NCBI GenBank assembly: GCA_051859245.1
Contig: JBHYGA010000001.1
Coordinates: 1,765,506 to 1,829,505, forward strand
Reading direction: 5' to 3'
Length of the DNA: 64,000 nucleotides
DNA from: Gemmatimonadaceae bacterium
GTDB taxonomy: Bacteria; Gemmatimonadota; Gemmatimonadetes; Gemmatimonadales; Gemmatimonadaceae
Shown: positions 60,013 through 64,000 of the stretch, piece after piece
Layout: each line of letters begins with the position of its first letter
How positions within the stretch are numbered: the first letter of the stretch is position 1
Translations under genes and position numbers: made by a program
The notes under the pieces: generated by a model
What the model was told of the DNA's origin: nothing
Seen by the model: only the letters and a program-made list of their open reading frames with translations
Database searches by the model: none

Positions 60013-60018
60013 AAAGGG

Positions 60019-60136
60019 TGCCGGCAACGGCCTACTCTCCCGCGATCTCTCGACCGGAGTACCATTGGCGCTGTCAGGCTTAACGACCGTGTTCGGTATG
60101 GGAACGGGTGTGGCCCTGACGCTCTAGTTGCCAGCG
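60019..60136 (-). rRNA. rrf: 5S rRNA
   Basis: CCCGTTCCCATACCGAACAC and GGGAGAGTAGG conserved motifs; complementary ends; boundaries approximate. Confidence 0.96.
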
Positions 60137-60273
60137 ATTTTCAAAAAGTGGTTTGTTGTTTTAACAACAGACTTGGGAAGTGATAGTGGTGGTGCTGCAG
60201 CTCCAAGCCGCGCACCAAGTATAGCTATGTGCTTTGCATGTGTTTGATCTCAACCCATGGAAAACCATGGGGG

Positions 60274-63220
<2,947 letters not shown>

Positions 63221-63411
63221 TTTCCCAAATGGTCAAGCAAAGCACGCGCTATACTTCGAACGAGTGATGCGTCGTTACAGAAAACACCCAGCCGAAGCTC
63301 GGTGTTATCGGTGTTACTACGCTCCACTTATTTGTTCGTCTGCCGATCATCAACCACCACACCGAAGTGCAATGACAGATGTCGACACCCACGATCACTT
63401 CCCACGTCTAT

Positions 63412-63423
63412 TGTCAAACAGCA
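63412..63423 (-). promoter_or_regulatory. boxA-like antitermination element in the 16S-23S spacer
   Basis: TGCTGTTTGACA versus consensus TGCTCTTTAACA. Confidence 0.6.
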
Positions 63424-63516
63424 ACAATCAAAATCGAGATCGGATGTACGGAGCGGGCGACTAAATCCGAGAACTTTCGGTCCGAACCCCGAAGGGCCGA
63501 CCTACTCGTTACTCCG

Positions 63517-64000
<484 letters not shown>

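Overview
High-GC bacterial chromosome segment, most likely Gemmatimonadota (inferred from the 16S 3' fragment, FCB-type genes such as the LpxC-FabZ fusion and a PorV-like barrel, and mcsAB-clpC in a diderm; no database search was run). All 11 CDS from 1 to 13.2 kb are on the + strand: kdsD-lptC-lptA-lptB-rpoN, a five-gene polyprenol-linked glycosylation cassette, and dapF. All 40 CDS, one tRNA and the rRNA operon from 13.8 to 64 kb are on the - strand: era, prfB with a +1 frameshift, lysS, lolC/E-lolD, mcsA-mcsB-clpC, bamA-skp-lpx cluster, bshC, murJ, uvrC, der, plsY, gpsA, surE, pcm, apt and others. The two arms converge on a 28-bp XerCD dif site (13463-13490) flanked by DnaA-box-like 9-mers, so the window probably spans the replication terminus. 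Top hypothesis: a Bacteroidota-like general protein O-glycosylation system. The LptA-like lipoprotein carries 26 D-[S/T]-[A/I/L/V/M/T] sequons (manual count), and the same gene run encodes a GT2, a GT4, a flippase-like protein, a YfhO-type GT-C and a Dol-P-Man-synthase-like enzyme. Other notable items are an LptB with an unexplained ~170-aa N-terminal domain and GnnA-like and LpxJ-like genes in the lipid A cluster. No CRISPR array, prophage or IS element was seen.
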